DNA of 48,833 nucleotides from a virus (lineage: Duplodnaviria; Caudoviricetes): positions 1 to 48,833 of the IMG/VR virus record IMGVR_UViG_3300016667_000424, one strand, 5' to 3'. Below are positions 27,227 to 36,956 of this stretch, in pieces. The notes under the pieces were generated by a model. The model was not told the DNA's origin, did not search any database, and worked only from the letters and a program-made list of their open reading frames with translations. A program made the position numbers and the translations under genes. Positions within the stretch are counted from its first letter, which is position 1, and each line of letters opens with the position of its first letter.

Positions 27227-28633
27227 TTACGACAGGTTGGACCTGTAGTCGAACATACCGAAGGTCAGGGGGCTGTGGACGAGCAGAGCCGCCATGGCCT
27301 CCATCATGCGACGAGGACCGCCGCCGTTTTCGGTGAGTTCGCGAACCTGAGCGATGTTACCGCCGTAGCGGACTTCGAGGTAATCCCACGGGATGACGAA
27401 GCCCTTGCACTTGGCGTTGTCGGCATGCAGGTTGGCACGGACCTTAGCCAGAGCGAAGGCGGCGTTCCTGTCAGCGGCAGACGACGAAGCGGCGGCGATG
27501 ACGAGGTTGTTCGCGGTGAGAGCACCCTGCTGGGCTGCAATCATCGTAGCCTTGGCGGCTTCGAGACCGGACGCGCCGACAGTAATGACGCCAGCGGTGT
27601 TGCCGTCGCCAGTCTGAGCCTTGACTCGGTTGGCTTCGGACGACGTGCGGCCGTCATAGAGCTTGAACTTCTGGACGCCACCTTCGGTGTATTCCTCGAT
27701 GGTGTACGGATTGACGCCAGCGTGGAGGAACTGGGTCGGGATGAGCGCGAGCTTACCGAAGTCGCCCTCGAAGTAATCGACGGACGCCTTGATGGTGTCG
27801 GCCGAAGCATCGCGGGTCGAGCGGATGCCGGTGTTGGAAGACGGGCCAGCAGGGGCACGGGTCGTGTAGACCAGTTCCGTGAACTGACGCTTCAGCTTGG
27901 TACCGACAACGGCTTCGTGGTTCTTGAACTGGCCAGTCTGCTCATAGACCGAGGTCATGAGGTCCTGAACAGTATTCTCGTTCAGGGTATCGACGGAAGC
28001 GCCGGTACCGATGATGGAGGACTCAGGGGTGACGAAGTTCTCGTCGATGGGGCGGATGGACTGGTTCTGGACGCCATACTTGTCGGCATTGGTCGTCGCG
28101 ATAGCCTTGTCCTTCTTAATCCACGACGTGAGGCATCGGGTGCGGTACGGGGTGGTGCCGTCGTCGATGGCGGGCAGGATGTCCGAGGTGAAGGTGATTT
28201 CCATCGAACGCTTGAGGTCGATGGTGGCCTTCGCCAGCTGACGGGACAGTTCATCCTTCACACCAGCGAGGTTGAGGATGTCCTGAGTCAGGTTGGAGAC
28301 GTGAACGGCACGGCGGAACAGGTGGATGTTGTTTTCAACTTCCGTCCTGTAACCGAGGGTGTACTGCTTGAAGTCCGAGTTGGTGCTCGGGTTGGTCGGG
28401 TCAACGTCCTTGCCGTCAAGGATGCCGAGCTCAACGGAGGGGTCCGGGTTGCGGTCCACCTGCCAGCGGAAGGTGGTGTTACCCGGCTTGGAGCCGCGGC
28501 GAGCCATCGAGGAGATAGGGGTCTCCTTGGCATCGACGTTGGTGATGAGGTCCGAGAGCTCCTCGCGGATACCGACTCGGGCGCCCTGAAGCGGACGCTG
28601 GTTCTGGAACTGGGACTCGAATAGGGAGGCCAT
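27227..28633 (-). CDS. Major capsid protein, DUF5309/SU10-like HK97 fold (468 aa)
   Basis: REELSDLITNVDAKETPI, FRWQVD, NNIHLFRRAVHVS, QLAKATIDLKRSME, VDYFEGDFG. Confidence 0.88.
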   Translation of the reverse strand: MASLFESQFQNQRPLQGARVGIREELSDLITNVDAKETPISSMARRGSKPGNTTFRWQVDRNPDPSVELGILDGKDVDPTNPSTNSDFKQYTLGYRTEVENNIHLFRRAVHVSNLTQDILNLAGVKDELSRQLAKATIDLKRSMEITFTSDILPAIDDGTTPYRTRCLTSWIKKDKAIATTNADKYGVQNQSIRPIDENFVTPESSIIGTGASVDTLNENTVQDLMTSVYEQTGQFKNHEAVVGTKLKRQFTELVYTTRAPAGPSSNTGIRSTRDASADTIKASVDYFEGDFGKLALIPTQFLHAGVNPYTIEEYTEGGVQKFKLYDGRTSSEANRVKAQTGDGNTAGVITVGASGLEAAKATMIAAQQGALTANNLVIAAASSSAADRNAAFALAKVRANLHADNAKCKGFVIPWDYLEVRYGGNIAQVRELTENGGGPRRMMEAMAALLVHSPLTFGMFDYRSNLS

Positions 28634-28651
28634 AGTGATGATGATTAGGTC

Positions 28652-29629
28652 TCAGATGAACTTGTTTCGGAACACGTCAGAGAGGTCATCGAGGGAGGAG
28701 GATTGCCTGTACCTGCTTTCCGCGAGCTTAGCTTTGACGGCGTCGGGCTTTTTAGCCGACGACGGCGGGGCGTAAGACGTGGTGGGCTGGACAGGGACTC
28801 GCTGGCTGATACCACTCTTGGCGGCTTGCTTCTGGCTCTGGTATGAGGCCATGCCTGAAGCGAGGTGGGCGGCGTAGATTTCGTAGTCAGGGTACTTCTT
28901 GATTTCAGGGACGGAGTCCACGAACCTATTGGCCATGATGGTCCTAGGGTCGGTCTTGTCCTTGAGCCAAGGGAATTCCTTGCGAGCCGCGGCCTTGAAA
29001 GCCTTCGACTTCTCTACGTAATCCAACTGCTTGGGCAGGTAGTCTTCCATGGCACGGATTGCGTTAACTTTCGCCTTCGCAATCGATTCCTTGTCAACTG
29101 GCTCCTGTCCGTCCTCGTAGTAGCCATCGGGGTATCGCTCACAGAACAGTCGGATTTCCTTCTGCCTCTCGTACTCGGCCTGAATTTTCTCCTCGTCGTC
29201 GAACGCGCTGAATGGATTGTTGGCGTTGGCGGTGGGAGCGGCCTTGGAACGCTTGAGAGACTCAAGTTCCTCCTCCAGCTTCTGAGCTCGTTCCTCTGCT
29301 TCCTTTCGCAGAGCAGTCAGCTTGGAGATACGCTTGTCCACGCCCTTGGGCTGTGGACGACGCTCATCCTCGTACTGCTCTGTCGATTCTTCTTCCGTAT
29401 CCTCGGCTTCGACTTCGGACGCATCTGAAACGTCCTCGTCAGCCACTTCCTCAGTTTCATCGGTCTGAGGTTCCGATTCTTGCGAGCCGTCCGCAAGAGC
29501 CCTTCCAAAGAATTGGGAGAGCTTTTCATCATCAGCGAGGTCGGCACGCTCGCTTGGTTGGGCCATGAGCTGATTAGCCTCGGGCTCAAGTCCGAGGGAT
29601 TCGGTGTTATCCGGATTATTAGGGTCCAT
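28652..29629 (-). CDS. Capsid scaffolding protein
   Basis: Acidic N-terminus, KGVDKRISKLTALRKEAEE coiled coil, short helical C-terminus; directly upstream of the capsid gene. Confidence 0.8.
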   Translation of the reverse strand: MDPNNPDNTESLGLEPEANQLMAQPSERADLADDEKLSQFFGRALADGSQESEPQTDETEEVADEDVSDASEVEAEDTEEESTEQYEDERRPQPKGVDKRISKLTALRKEAEERAQKLEEELESLKRSKAAPTANANNPFSAFDDEEKIQAEYERQKEIRLFCERYPDGYYEDGQEPVDKESIAKAKVNAIRAMEDYLPKQLDYVEKSKAFKAAARKEFPWLKDKTDPRTIMANRFVDSVPEIKKYPDYEIYAAHLASGMASYQSQKQAAKSGISQRVPVQPTTSYAPPSSAKKPDAVKAKLAESRYRQSSSLDDLSDVFRNKFI

Positions 29630-29696
29630 AGTCAGCGTTACTTAGCACGCAGAAGTAGTCGAAAGGTTGTTCGTTAGGGTCAGGACACAAGCCGCA

Positions 29697-29978
29697 TCAG
29701 GTTCGCGAATCGGTTTGATTCGGATTGGATGGCTTTTCCCTCAGGGTTACCTTGAGCATGTAGTCCCGGTTAGCCTGAAACAGCCTGAGGATGTCGTTGA
29801 ACGCAGAAACCCTGCCAGCGGCGTGAGCCCTAGCCTCTCCCGTAGTCTGAGGAAGCATCAGGGAGACTAGGTCGTTCTGGAAATTCTCATCGGTGATGAT
29901 GAGAACGGCCTTGTACAGCTCCTCCGCGTCCTTGTTGACGAATCCGAACGCCTTGGTGTTTGGGTCGATGTTGTCCAT
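29697..29978 (-). CDS. Small portal-scaffold intergenic protein (93 aa)
   Basis: RAHAAGRVSAFNDIL helix; usual position. Confidence 0.6.
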   Translation of the reverse strand: MDNIDPNTKAFGFVNKDAEELYKAVLIITDENFQNDLVSLMLPQTTGEARAHAAGRVSAFNDILRLFQANRDYMLKVTLREKPSNPNQTDSRT

Positions 29979-29981
29979 TGA

Positions 29982-32222
29982 TTAAATCATGCCCATTCCC
30001 TGAAGCGGAGAGGGGACTCCGCCTTGCTGGGGGGCCTGCAACGGCTGTTGTTCCTGCTCGGCCTGAGCCTCGCCGACCTCCTGCTGAATCTGCTCGGACG
30101 CAGGAGTGACTCCAATTCGGCCGATTTCCTTGTTCTTCTGCTGTTCAACGGACATCTGCAGGTTCTTCTGGTAGTTCTCCAGCAGAATCTGGAAGATTCG
30201 GTCAGACTGTGCGGCAGAAGCGGCCTTCGGATTCTTCTGAAGGATTTCCTGCAGATAAGCCATCTTGGATTCGGCGGACGGGTCGTTTTCGACGTACAGG
30301 GCTTCGTTGCCGAGCATCATCAAGGCGACGTCGTTCATGACGTCCTTGTACATCTTCTGAGACGCGGTGGTCTGGTCGATGACAAGTTCCCTCGCGGCGT
30401 CCGGAGAGATTGCTTCGATGACGAGCTTGACGAGCTTGTTCCTATCGATGACGCCTCCGCTGTCGAGCGGGACGACAGTTTCGACGATTGCGCGAAGTTT
30501 CTCCATGACGAACTCGGGGTCGGTATCGCGAACGTCGAAGCGGACGTTGAAGTCGTACTGGCTGTGAATTTCGGACATGTTCTGCTTGAGCGGAGCTCCC
30601 GTGATGCGGGTGACTTCCTCTTCAGGCATGAACTGCAGGCACAGGGAGAACAGTTGCTTGTACGCCTGAGTCCAGAAACCAAGCCAGTTGTTGACCTGAA
30701 GTTGCTGGAGCATCCTGACCTTGTTTGGGTCGATGGTTTCTCCAACGATGAAGCCGTAGAAATTGCCAAGGTTGGTCTCAATCTGCTGGATGACGCTGAT
30801 GGCCAGCTCGGCCTTGCCCTGCGGAGGCTCCATGAATGTGTAATCATCCTTGGTGGAGACTGGAAGAACCTGACCGGGTGCGATTCTGTTCAGCGCTCCG
30901 ACCCTTTTGACCACCTTGACGGCGGGCATAATCTCAAGAGCCACCCTATCCCTGAAGGAATCGTGCATCGCCTTGACCTCGTCCTGCTCGGTCTTGGAGA
31001 TTTCAGGGATGCCCCTGCTCTCCGTGACCTGACGACGGGTCATCTCAAACCTGATGGCTACGAACGGATACTCGCCGTGGGCGTAATTCAGAAGCTCCTG
31101 AAGGGCGTACAGCTCGCTACCGACATGCGGAGAGAAGACTGTGTAGTAGATTGCAGGAACGCCGGTTTCGTCCAGCTGTCGGTAGTAAGCCCAGACGACC
31201 TCAATCAGGTTGTCGCCACGCTGGATGTTCGAGTTGAGCATCGTGGTGGTCGGAACGAGGTTCGGGTCGTTGAAGTAGAAGTGGTTGCCCATCGTCTTGG
31301 CCGCGGCCTCGATGAACTCGGGGCTCCACCCGGCGTTTTGGGCCATGGAGCGGAGCTCGACTTCGGTCATGTACTGCCTCCTGAAGATTACGCGGGCCTG
31401 CTGAAGGTCGGCGGTCTCAGGAGGGAAACAGACCTCGTCGTACGGCTTTAGTGCCGTGACCTTGGGCAGGTTCTTCTGGACGTAGATTTCCTCAAGCTCC
31501 CCCTGACCCTCTTCCCGCATCTTCTTGACGAACTTCCTGAGGTCCTTCGCCTTCATCATCGGGAACTTTTCCTTGATGAGCTCGATGGCGAACTCCTCCT
31601 TTTCGGGGTTCATGATTGCACCGATGAGCTTGCCCGTCTCTCCGGTGCCGCCCATCTGCTGTTCCTGCTCCTGAACTGCGTAAAGCTCTTCCATCGTCAG
31701 CGACTGCTTCCTGATGCCGAGCTGTCGGTCCCAAGTAATCTGGGCGATGGACCAGCCGTAGGTCAGCATGTAGTCGGCTACTAGCTCAGCCTCACGCTGG
31801 ACCTCAGCCCTGAGCTTGGTCTCGATGAGCCAACGCATGAGGTTGGTGGCGCTGGAGGCGGCCATCGTGTCGCTAACCTCGGTTCCGCCAACCTTGAGCG
31901 TTGAGGAATTGTAGGCCGTCATGAGCATGGCCTTCTGGTCACGGATAAGCCTATCGACTAGGCGAACACGGACGTCGGAGGCACCCTCGAACGGGAAGGC
32001 CGGGTCGCCTTCGGGGCGGGCCCAGCTGTGCTTCTTGCCGTCGTCGGTCTGGCCGGGCCAGCGAGCGTAGCGGACATCATCGGCCCAAGACATCTTGGAG
32101 ACCATCGTGCCGTGGTATGCGGAACGCTCGTACTCCTCAAGGAGCACCTTGATGTCAGGCTTCCTCTCATGGTAGACGAGAGGGTCGCGGAGATACTTGT
32201 TGTCTTTAAGCCTGTTGCTCAT
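29982..32222 (-). CDS. Portal protein (746 aa)
   Basis: PFEGASDVRVRLVD, YAHGEYPFV, SRGIPEI; helical C-terminal region; between TerL and scaffold. Confidence 0.88.
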   Translation of the reverse strand: MSNRLKDNKYLRDPLVYHERKPDIKVLLEEYERSAYHGTMVSKMSWADDVRYARWPGQTDDGKKHSWARPEGDPAFPFEGASDVRVRLVDRLIRDQKAMLMTAYNSSTLKVGGTEVSDTMAASSATNLMRWLIETKLRAEVQREAELVADYMLTYGWSIAQITWDRQLGIRKQSLTMEELYAVQEQEQQMGGTGETGKLIGAIMNPEKEEFAIELIKEKFPMMKAKDLRKFVKKMREEGQGELEEIYVQKNLPKVTALKPYDEVCFPPETADLQQARVIFRRQYMTEVELRSMAQNAGWSPEFIEAAAKTMGNHFYFNDPNLVPTTTMLNSNIQRGDNLIEVVWAYYRQLDETGVPAIYYTVFSPHVGSELYALQELLNYAHGEYPFVAIRFEMTRRQVTESRGIPEISKTEQDEVKAMHDSFRDRVALEIMPAVKVVKRVGALNRIAPGQVLPVSTKDDYTFMEPPQGKAELAISVIQQIETNLGNFYGFIVGETIDPNKVRMLQQLQVNNWLGFWTQAYKQLFSLCLQFMPEEEVTRITGAPLKQNMSEIHSQYDFNVRFDVRDTDPEFVMEKLRAIVETVVPLDSGGVIDRNKLVKLVIEAISPDAARELVIDQTTASQKMYKDVMNDVALMMLGNEALYVENDPSAESKMAYLQEILQKNPKAASAAQSDRIFQILLENYQKNLQMSVEQQKNKEIGRIGVTPASEQIQQEVGEAQAEQEQQPLQAPQQGGVPSPLQGMGMI

Positions 32223-32412
32223 TCTTGGGAGGGGTAGAGTTTACTTTGAGGAAATTTTCGATGTCGTCTCGGTAGAACATGTGCTGTTTGCCGACAGTCG
32301 TGAAGACGCGGAGGGCTTTTTGCCTGCGGAGGCGGATTAGCGTGGTCTTGGAGAGACCATAGTGCTCGGCGGCTTCGGCCAGCCTGAGCAGGGGCGGGAT
32401 TTTGTTGTTCAT
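32206..32412 (-). CDS. MerR/excisionase-type HTH protein (68 aa)
   Basis: LLRLAEAAEHYGLSKTTLIRL...FYRDDI; ATG at 32412 just after the TerL stop. Confidence 0.75.
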   Translation of the reverse strand: MNNKIPPLLRLAEAAEHYGLSKTTLIRLRRQKALRVFTTVGKQHMFYRDDIENFLKVNSTPPKNEQQA

Positions 32413-32413
32413 G

Positions 32414-34042
32414 TCAGTAAGAGCCTCCCCCGATTGCCTTGTACGAGTCGCTACCGCCGTAGTCGGGTTGCATGACGGCGATGTATCGTAGTGCGTCGAT
32501 TGGGTCTTTGGACGCACCCTTCTCGTTGTCCAGACCAGTCCACTCGCGCAGGCACCACATCAGGTTGTGGCACTCCTCGGAGATGAACAGCTTGGGCTGG
32601 TTGATGGCTGAAATTTCTTGGTTCTGGTCGTAGGCGAACCAGTCGTTGATGATGGAAATGCCCTCCTCAAGCCTAAGACCAGCGGCTGGAGTGAAGTACA
32701 TGGCGAACGGCTCCTCATCCAATAGCTGAAGAAGCGTGGTTCCGCCCTCTTTGTTGATTACAGGAGAGCCTGCCGCCCTCGGGTCGATGTACCTTTCGGC
32801 GATTTCTTCGCCTTCTTCGAGCGTGAGGATGTGTTCCTTGATTTCCGAGAGACCCATCCCCGCACCTTGCTTCTGGGCAGGTCCGGGACGCCCGTCTGGC
32901 TTTTCCGACGGCAACGCCCATTCGCCCATGCTGATGTCTGGCCACTCTCGGTAGACATACTTGTTTCCGAACTCATCAATACGTAGCCACACCATGAACC
33001 AATTTCTGGCTCCAGCAGGGTCCACCGCCATGTAATTGGTTCCCTCTTTCGGGATTTGGTCCGCAGGGATGATGTTTGCTTCTCCGAATCTCGGGAATTG
33101 GGAGCCAGCGAGCGATTCCGCCCAGCCGTACGCACGGATTTTGACTTCATAGGGGCCTCGTCCTCTCAAAGCTAGCTTGATTTGCTCGAACGGAGAGTAC
33201 TTATTCAGGATTGAATGGAACCAGATTACATTAGCGCTACCCTTGGAGCACTCCGCTATGTATGGCATGTGGCCCTTAGGAATCCCCGGCACGTTCTGAG
33301 TCTCTGGAAGTAGGTCGGCAAAGCGGGTCTTTTTGATGCGGCACCCGGCGACGTAATCCTTGACGACTGGCGTGAAGCCCGTGATGGGCGTGAACGTCAG
33401 AATCATCTTGCCGCTTCGGGTGACAAGTCGGTAGCGGAGCGTCTCAATCCAGTCCTGCGGGACAAGCTCATCGCACCAAATCAGGTCAGGTTCGCCACCT
33501 TCGATGACCTTCTTCTCCTGCCCGTAGTTCATGAAGAAGCATTGCGAGCGGTTAGGAAGGACGAACGTGGCGTCGGTGAAGCCGTTCTTCTGCGAGTACT
33601 GGATGTTCGTGACCTTGGTCTTCTTGGCGTTCTTGAACTCAGGAGGCATGTACTTCCAGATGACGGCCTGTTGCATCTGGATGGAGGTCTGGGACGTTGT
33701 GTGCAGGCACCAAATTCTGGAATTAGGCCTAGTGCAAAGCAGTTGCATCACCCTCTTTGCCGCGTACTCCGTCTTTCCCGCTCGATTTCCGCCCATGATG
33801 AGTAGCTCGTTGCCGCTCATCAGTAGCTTGTCAGCGTCAGCCCAGCTTTCAGGCTCGTAGCCGTGCCTGTACGGGTCGGCGATTTCTGCCTGAATCTTCT
33901 CTTCGCGCCTCTTCAGGACTTCGGCGGTCTTCTCAGGCCCAATCGCTTGGGCAAGCGAGACTACTTCATCCTCCGTAGGAAGGTGAATGATGGGGTGCTT
34001 CGTGAGTCGCAACCCTGCCACGTTCACCACATCCAAGCTCAT
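32414..34042 (-). CDS. terL: Terminase large subunit
   Basis: Walker A GGNRAGKT, Walker B LIWCDE, LTFTP coupling motif, nuclease motifs AVDPAG and DPIDALRY. Confidence 0.95.
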   Translation of the reverse strand: MSLDVVNVAGLRLTKHPIIHLPTEDEVVSLAQAIGPEKTAEVLKRREEKIQAEIADPYRHGYEPESWADADKLLMSGNELLIMGGNRAGKTEYAAKRVMQLLCTRPNSRIWCLHTTSQTSIQMQQAVIWKYMPPEFKNAKKTKVTNIQYSQKNGFTDATFVLPNRSQCFFMNYGQEKKVIEGGEPDLIWCDELVPQDWIETLRYRLVTRSGKMILTFTPITGFTPVVKDYVAGCRIKKTRFADLLPETQNVPGIPKGHMPYIAECSKGSANVIWFHSILNKYSPFEQIKLALRGRGPYEVKIRAYGWAESLAGSQFPRFGEANIIPADQIPKEGTNYMAVDPAGARNWFMVWLRIDEFGNKYVYREWPDISMGEWALPSEKPDGRPGPAQKQGAGMGLSEIKEHILTLEEGEEIAERYIDPRAAGSPVINKEGGTTLLQLLDEEPFAMYFTPAAGLRLEEGISIINDWFAYDQNQEISAINQPKLFISEECHNLMWCLREWTGLDNEKGASKDPIDALRYIAVMQPDYGGSDSYKAIGGGSY

Positions 34043-34614
34043 TCATCCTCCTCCTCCATGTTGGAGTAGGTGGCCGCCAGACCTGCGTCGTATTGCTTGA
34101 GGTTAAGGACTGGGAACGCACCATTGAAGGTAAGTGCCCTGAATCGGAACGGACCAGTGGTCACGCCAGACGCCGGGACGCCCATCATCGGCACGAAATT
34201 CCTCATGTTGCCAATTGCCTCCCTCGCCAGACGCGAGTTAACGCCCGAAGTGCCAACTCGGCCGAAGGCCGAAGTAAAATTTTTTGAAGACTTGATTGTA
34301 GACTTCGCACCGCCCCCAGAGAGGTCTCTCTGTGGCGGGATACGCTCAGTCTGCTTGACCATGCCAGTAGTGGCAGGGCCTTGGAGATTAGCCATCGGGT
34401 GGTCTCCCCAATAGGACTTACGGCCCTCCAGAGCCTTGTTGCTGGCTTCGAGCTCAGTCCAATGCGTGAGCTGACCCAAGCTGTTCCTCTCGAAGGAGGA
34501 TTCCAGCTTGGCGTCGCCCCGCGTACCCATCTTTCGCTCAAGGCTAAGAATCGCCGCCGGGTCCAGCCTTGGGTTATCCCCGCTGGAAGTGATGACGTCC
34601 TTATCCTCGGCCAT
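34039..34614 (-). CDS. Hypothetical late protein (191 aa)
   Basis: Coupled ORF (TAAATG at its start, ATGA at its end). Confidence 0.6.
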   Translation of the reverse strand: MAEDKDVITSSGDNPRLDPAAILSLERKMGTRGDAKLESSFERNSLGQLTHWTELEASNKALEGRKSYWGDHPMANLQGPATTGMVKQTERIPPQRDLSGGGAKSTIKSSKNFTSAFGRVGTSGVNSRLAREAIGNMRNFVPMMGVPASGVTTGPFRFRALTFNGAFPVLNLKQYDAGLAATYSNMEEEDE

Positions 34615-34719
34615 TTAACCGACGATGGAATACCAGATGTCCTTGAGCTTCTCGGAGTATCGGGCGCCGACGTAGACGCCGCCGAGGAAGGTGACGGATG
34701 CGATGATGAGCGTAATCAT
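34615..34719 (-). CDS. Small single-TM membrane protein (34 aa, MITLIIASVTFLGGVYVGARYSEKLKDIWYSIVG)
   Basis: ATGA overlap with the upstream stop; fills the gap exactly. Confidence 0.65.
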   Translation of the reverse strand: MITLIIASVTFLGGVYVGARYSEKLKDIWYSIVG

Positions 34720-35030
34720 TTGAACGGGTCGAATTTGGAGCGTTCGCCGGGGGCGTAGGTCTCGCCACGTCGCCATTGGTTGACGCGGCCGAGCTCGTTG
34801 TTGACTTCGAGGGTATGCTTGTTGCCGTACCTGTCGGTCTTCATCTTGCGACCCCTCTGAAGGGTGCTTTCGGAGAGACGAAGTTCTTCGAGCTTGGCGA
34901 ACGGGATACCCTGCTTTTTCTTCGTCCAAGCGGAAGACAGACCCTTCGCGGAGTCTGGCTTCCCGAGGACCTTGCCACCCGTACTGAAGAGTTTGGCGGC
35001 GGAAGAAAGAAGCTTACGGGGAATCTTCAT
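34716..35030 (-). CDS. Basic hypothetical protein (104 aa)
   Basis: K/R-rich, ATGA-coupled. Confidence 0.65.
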   Translation of the reverse strand: MKIPRKLLSSAAKLFSTGGKVLGKPDSAKGLSSAWTKKKQGIPFAKLEELRLSESTLQRGRKMKTDRYGNKHTLEVNNELGRVNQWRRGETYAPGERSKFDPFK

Positions 35031-35899
35031 CGAGAGGCGTTCTTCTGTCGCTGGTAGTGGTTCTGCAGGGCGTCGTTGGCCCTGTGGACGCCATAGCCAG
35101 CGGCGATGGAGCCAGCGGTGATGATGCCAGCACGGCGGTTCTTGGACATGCCGCCCGTCGAGTTGCCGTAGATGTCCCTGTTGCCACGCATCTTGTTGGC
35201 CTGATTGACGATGCCCTTATGCTTGCCAGCCCAATCGTTGTAATCGGAAGGCGAGACGCCGCCAGCAGGACGCGGAGGCTTGTTGATGATGCCACCGCCA
35301 CTAGACTTCGGCTTCTGCTTGGTCATGTAGTTCTTGTACTTGTCGGCGCGAGCCTGAGCCGCGGCCATGTCCTCAGGAGTAGCGACCTTGGTCTTAGGCT
35401 TGCCGACGGGAACGGCCCAATTCTTGCCATTGGAACCGGGGCTAGAGGCCGAAGCCCTGCGGGCCATGCCGTCGGAGATATTCTTCTGCTTGGAGACTCG
35501 TCCAGCGTTGTCACGGCCGACGCCCTTGAGCATGTCGCCGACAGTATTGTAACGGCCAGCGTTATCGAAATTGCTGACGGGCTTGCTGTAAGGCTTGAGG
35601 TCGCTCAGGTGCAGATTGCCACGACGACCAGCGTCGTAGCCAGCTCGGGCGTCCTTGACGCCTCGCGCGGCCGCGGCACCAGCGTTGTTGACCGCGTCGC
35701 GAGCACCGCGAGCACCCTTGATGGTCGCGGCTTGCGTGTTGCGAGTAGCGGCACCGAGGTCATCTACCTGTTTGCCGATGCCGGAAGCGAGCTTCTTGGC
35801 ACCAGAGCCGAGCTTCTCGCCAATCTTGCTACCGAGTTGAGTGAGGTACCTTACGCCTTTGCCAGCGAGGCGACCTGCTTTGTACGGATTGATAGCCAT
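35027..35899 (-). CDS. Highly basic K/R/G/A-rich protein (290 aa), possible DNA-binding core protein
   Basis: Composition; C-terminal AGIITAGSIAAGYGV segment. Confidence 0.65.
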   Translation of the reverse strand: MAINPYKAGRLAGKGVRYLTQLGSKIGEKLGSGAKKLASGIGKQVDDLGAATRNTQAATIKGARGARDAVNNAGAAAARGVKDARAGYDAGRRGNLHLSDLKPYSKPVSNFDNAGRYNTVGDMLKGVGRDNAGRVSKQKNISDGMARRASASSPGSNGKNWAVPVGKPKTKVATPEDMAAAQARADKYKNYMTKQKPKSSGGGIINKPPRPAGGVSPSDYNDWAGKHKGIVNQANKMRGNRDIYGNSTGGMSKNRRAGIITAGSIAAGYGVHRANDALQNHYQRQKNASR

Positions 35900-35923
35900 G
35901 GGCTTTTTATTTGGCGGCGGCGG

Positions 35924-35965
35924 TTAGCACCGCTTTCCACCTTTCTTCTTGGTGTTCTTCTTCAT
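35924..35965 (-). CDS. Basic micro-peptide MKKNTKKKGGKRC
   Basis: ATG overlaps the upstream TGA (ATGA); 13 codons then TAA. Confidence 0.5.
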   Translation of the reverse strand: MKKNTKKKGGKRC

Positions 35966-36471
35966 TGCTGTGGAGAATTGCGTTTGATGAGAGTGTTCAG
36001 TCGGAGGATTGAAGTCGGGCGATGCTCGCAGAAAAATTTGCCTCCGCGATGCTTAACCACGATAGGCATGCGCGCTTTGAACGGCCTTGAGTCGAAAACG
36101 TTGCAGAAGACCGACTTTCCGTTCTCGAGCTTGACCAGCATGACGCGGCGATTGGGGTAATCGCATCGGATTACCTCAGCCTTCTCGATGGTCTCCGGGT
36201 CGGCCTCCGCGGGCTTCATGACGACGATTTCGGCAGGCTTGTCGGCCTGAGTCCTCGCATGCACCTCAATCAGGCCGAACTTGGCGACGACCAAATTCCA
36301 GCCGTTCTCGGTGAACACGACTGGACACGTCCTGAGCGGTCTGGAGCCCTGAGGCATCCGTTCCCAATGTTCGCCCTCATTGAGCGATTTGCGGAAAGCG
36401 ACCAATTCGTCCTTAGGGACGCCGAAACGCTCTACTACGTCAGATTCCTTCCATTGGACGAAATCGCTCAC
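35962..36471 (-). CDS. Hypothetical protein (about 169 aa, GTG start)
   Basis: GTGA overlap with the rusA stop; N-terminal DNA-binding-like part and a small C-terminal beta domain. Confidence 0.65.
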   Translation of the reverse strand: MSDFVQWKESDVVERFGVPKDELVAFRKSLNEGEHWERMPQGSRPLRTCPVVFTENGWNLVVAKFGLIEVHARTQADKPAEIVVMKPAEADPETIEKAEVIRCDYPNRRVMLVKLENGKSVFCNVFDSRPFKARMPIVVKHRGGKFFCEHRPTSILRLNTLIKRNSPQQ

Positions 36472-36953
36472 TTGCTCAGATGGTCGATGACCGCCCCCAT
36501 TAGCGTGGAATCGATGTGTTCGGCCCGCTTCACCCAAACGCCCAAAAATGGCTTATCGGTGCGAAACTTCATGACCTTGCCGAAAACGACCTGACAGTCG
36601 TCGTACCAGAATCCGCAGTTCGTCAGCGAATCGCACACGGCCTTGGCCAAGTTGTCAAAGTCCGGCCTCGTCGCCATGTGGACAGTCTTGCCCTTGTCGG
36701 CCAAAACGTTCGGAAACCCGAAATACAGAGTCAACTCCAGCGGTCCCGTGTAGGGCTTGTCAGGAGCATGCTTGGAAGCCTTCAGCTCAAACTCCTTCAT
36801 CCAAGCCTTGATGGCCGACTTCGTGGTCTTGCCCACGAACATCCGGTTGTCCTTGGTCTTCAGGATTCGCAGGTCCGACTGGTGAGTCGTCTTAATCGGG
36901 ACGATGTCCACGATGAACTTGCGCTCGAAATAGTTGGGGATGTCCTCAGCCAT
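36468..36953 (-). CDS. rusA: RusA-family Holliday junction resolvase
   Basis: TRPDFDNLAKAVCDSL...DDCQVV signature. Confidence 0.92.
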   Translation of the reverse strand: MAEDIPNYFERKFIVDIVPIKTTHQSDLRILKTKDNRMFVGKTTKSAIKAWMKEFELKASKHAPDKPYTGPLELTLYFGFPNVLADKGKTVHMATRPDFDNLAKAVCDSLTNCGFWYDDCQVVFGKVMKFRTDKPFLGVWVKRAEHIDSTLMGAVIDHLSK

Positions 36954-36956
36954 TGG

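Noticed and set aside
27275-31451. Long + strand ORFs 27275..28624 and 30024..31451
   Set aside because: Antisense shadows of the capsid and portal genes
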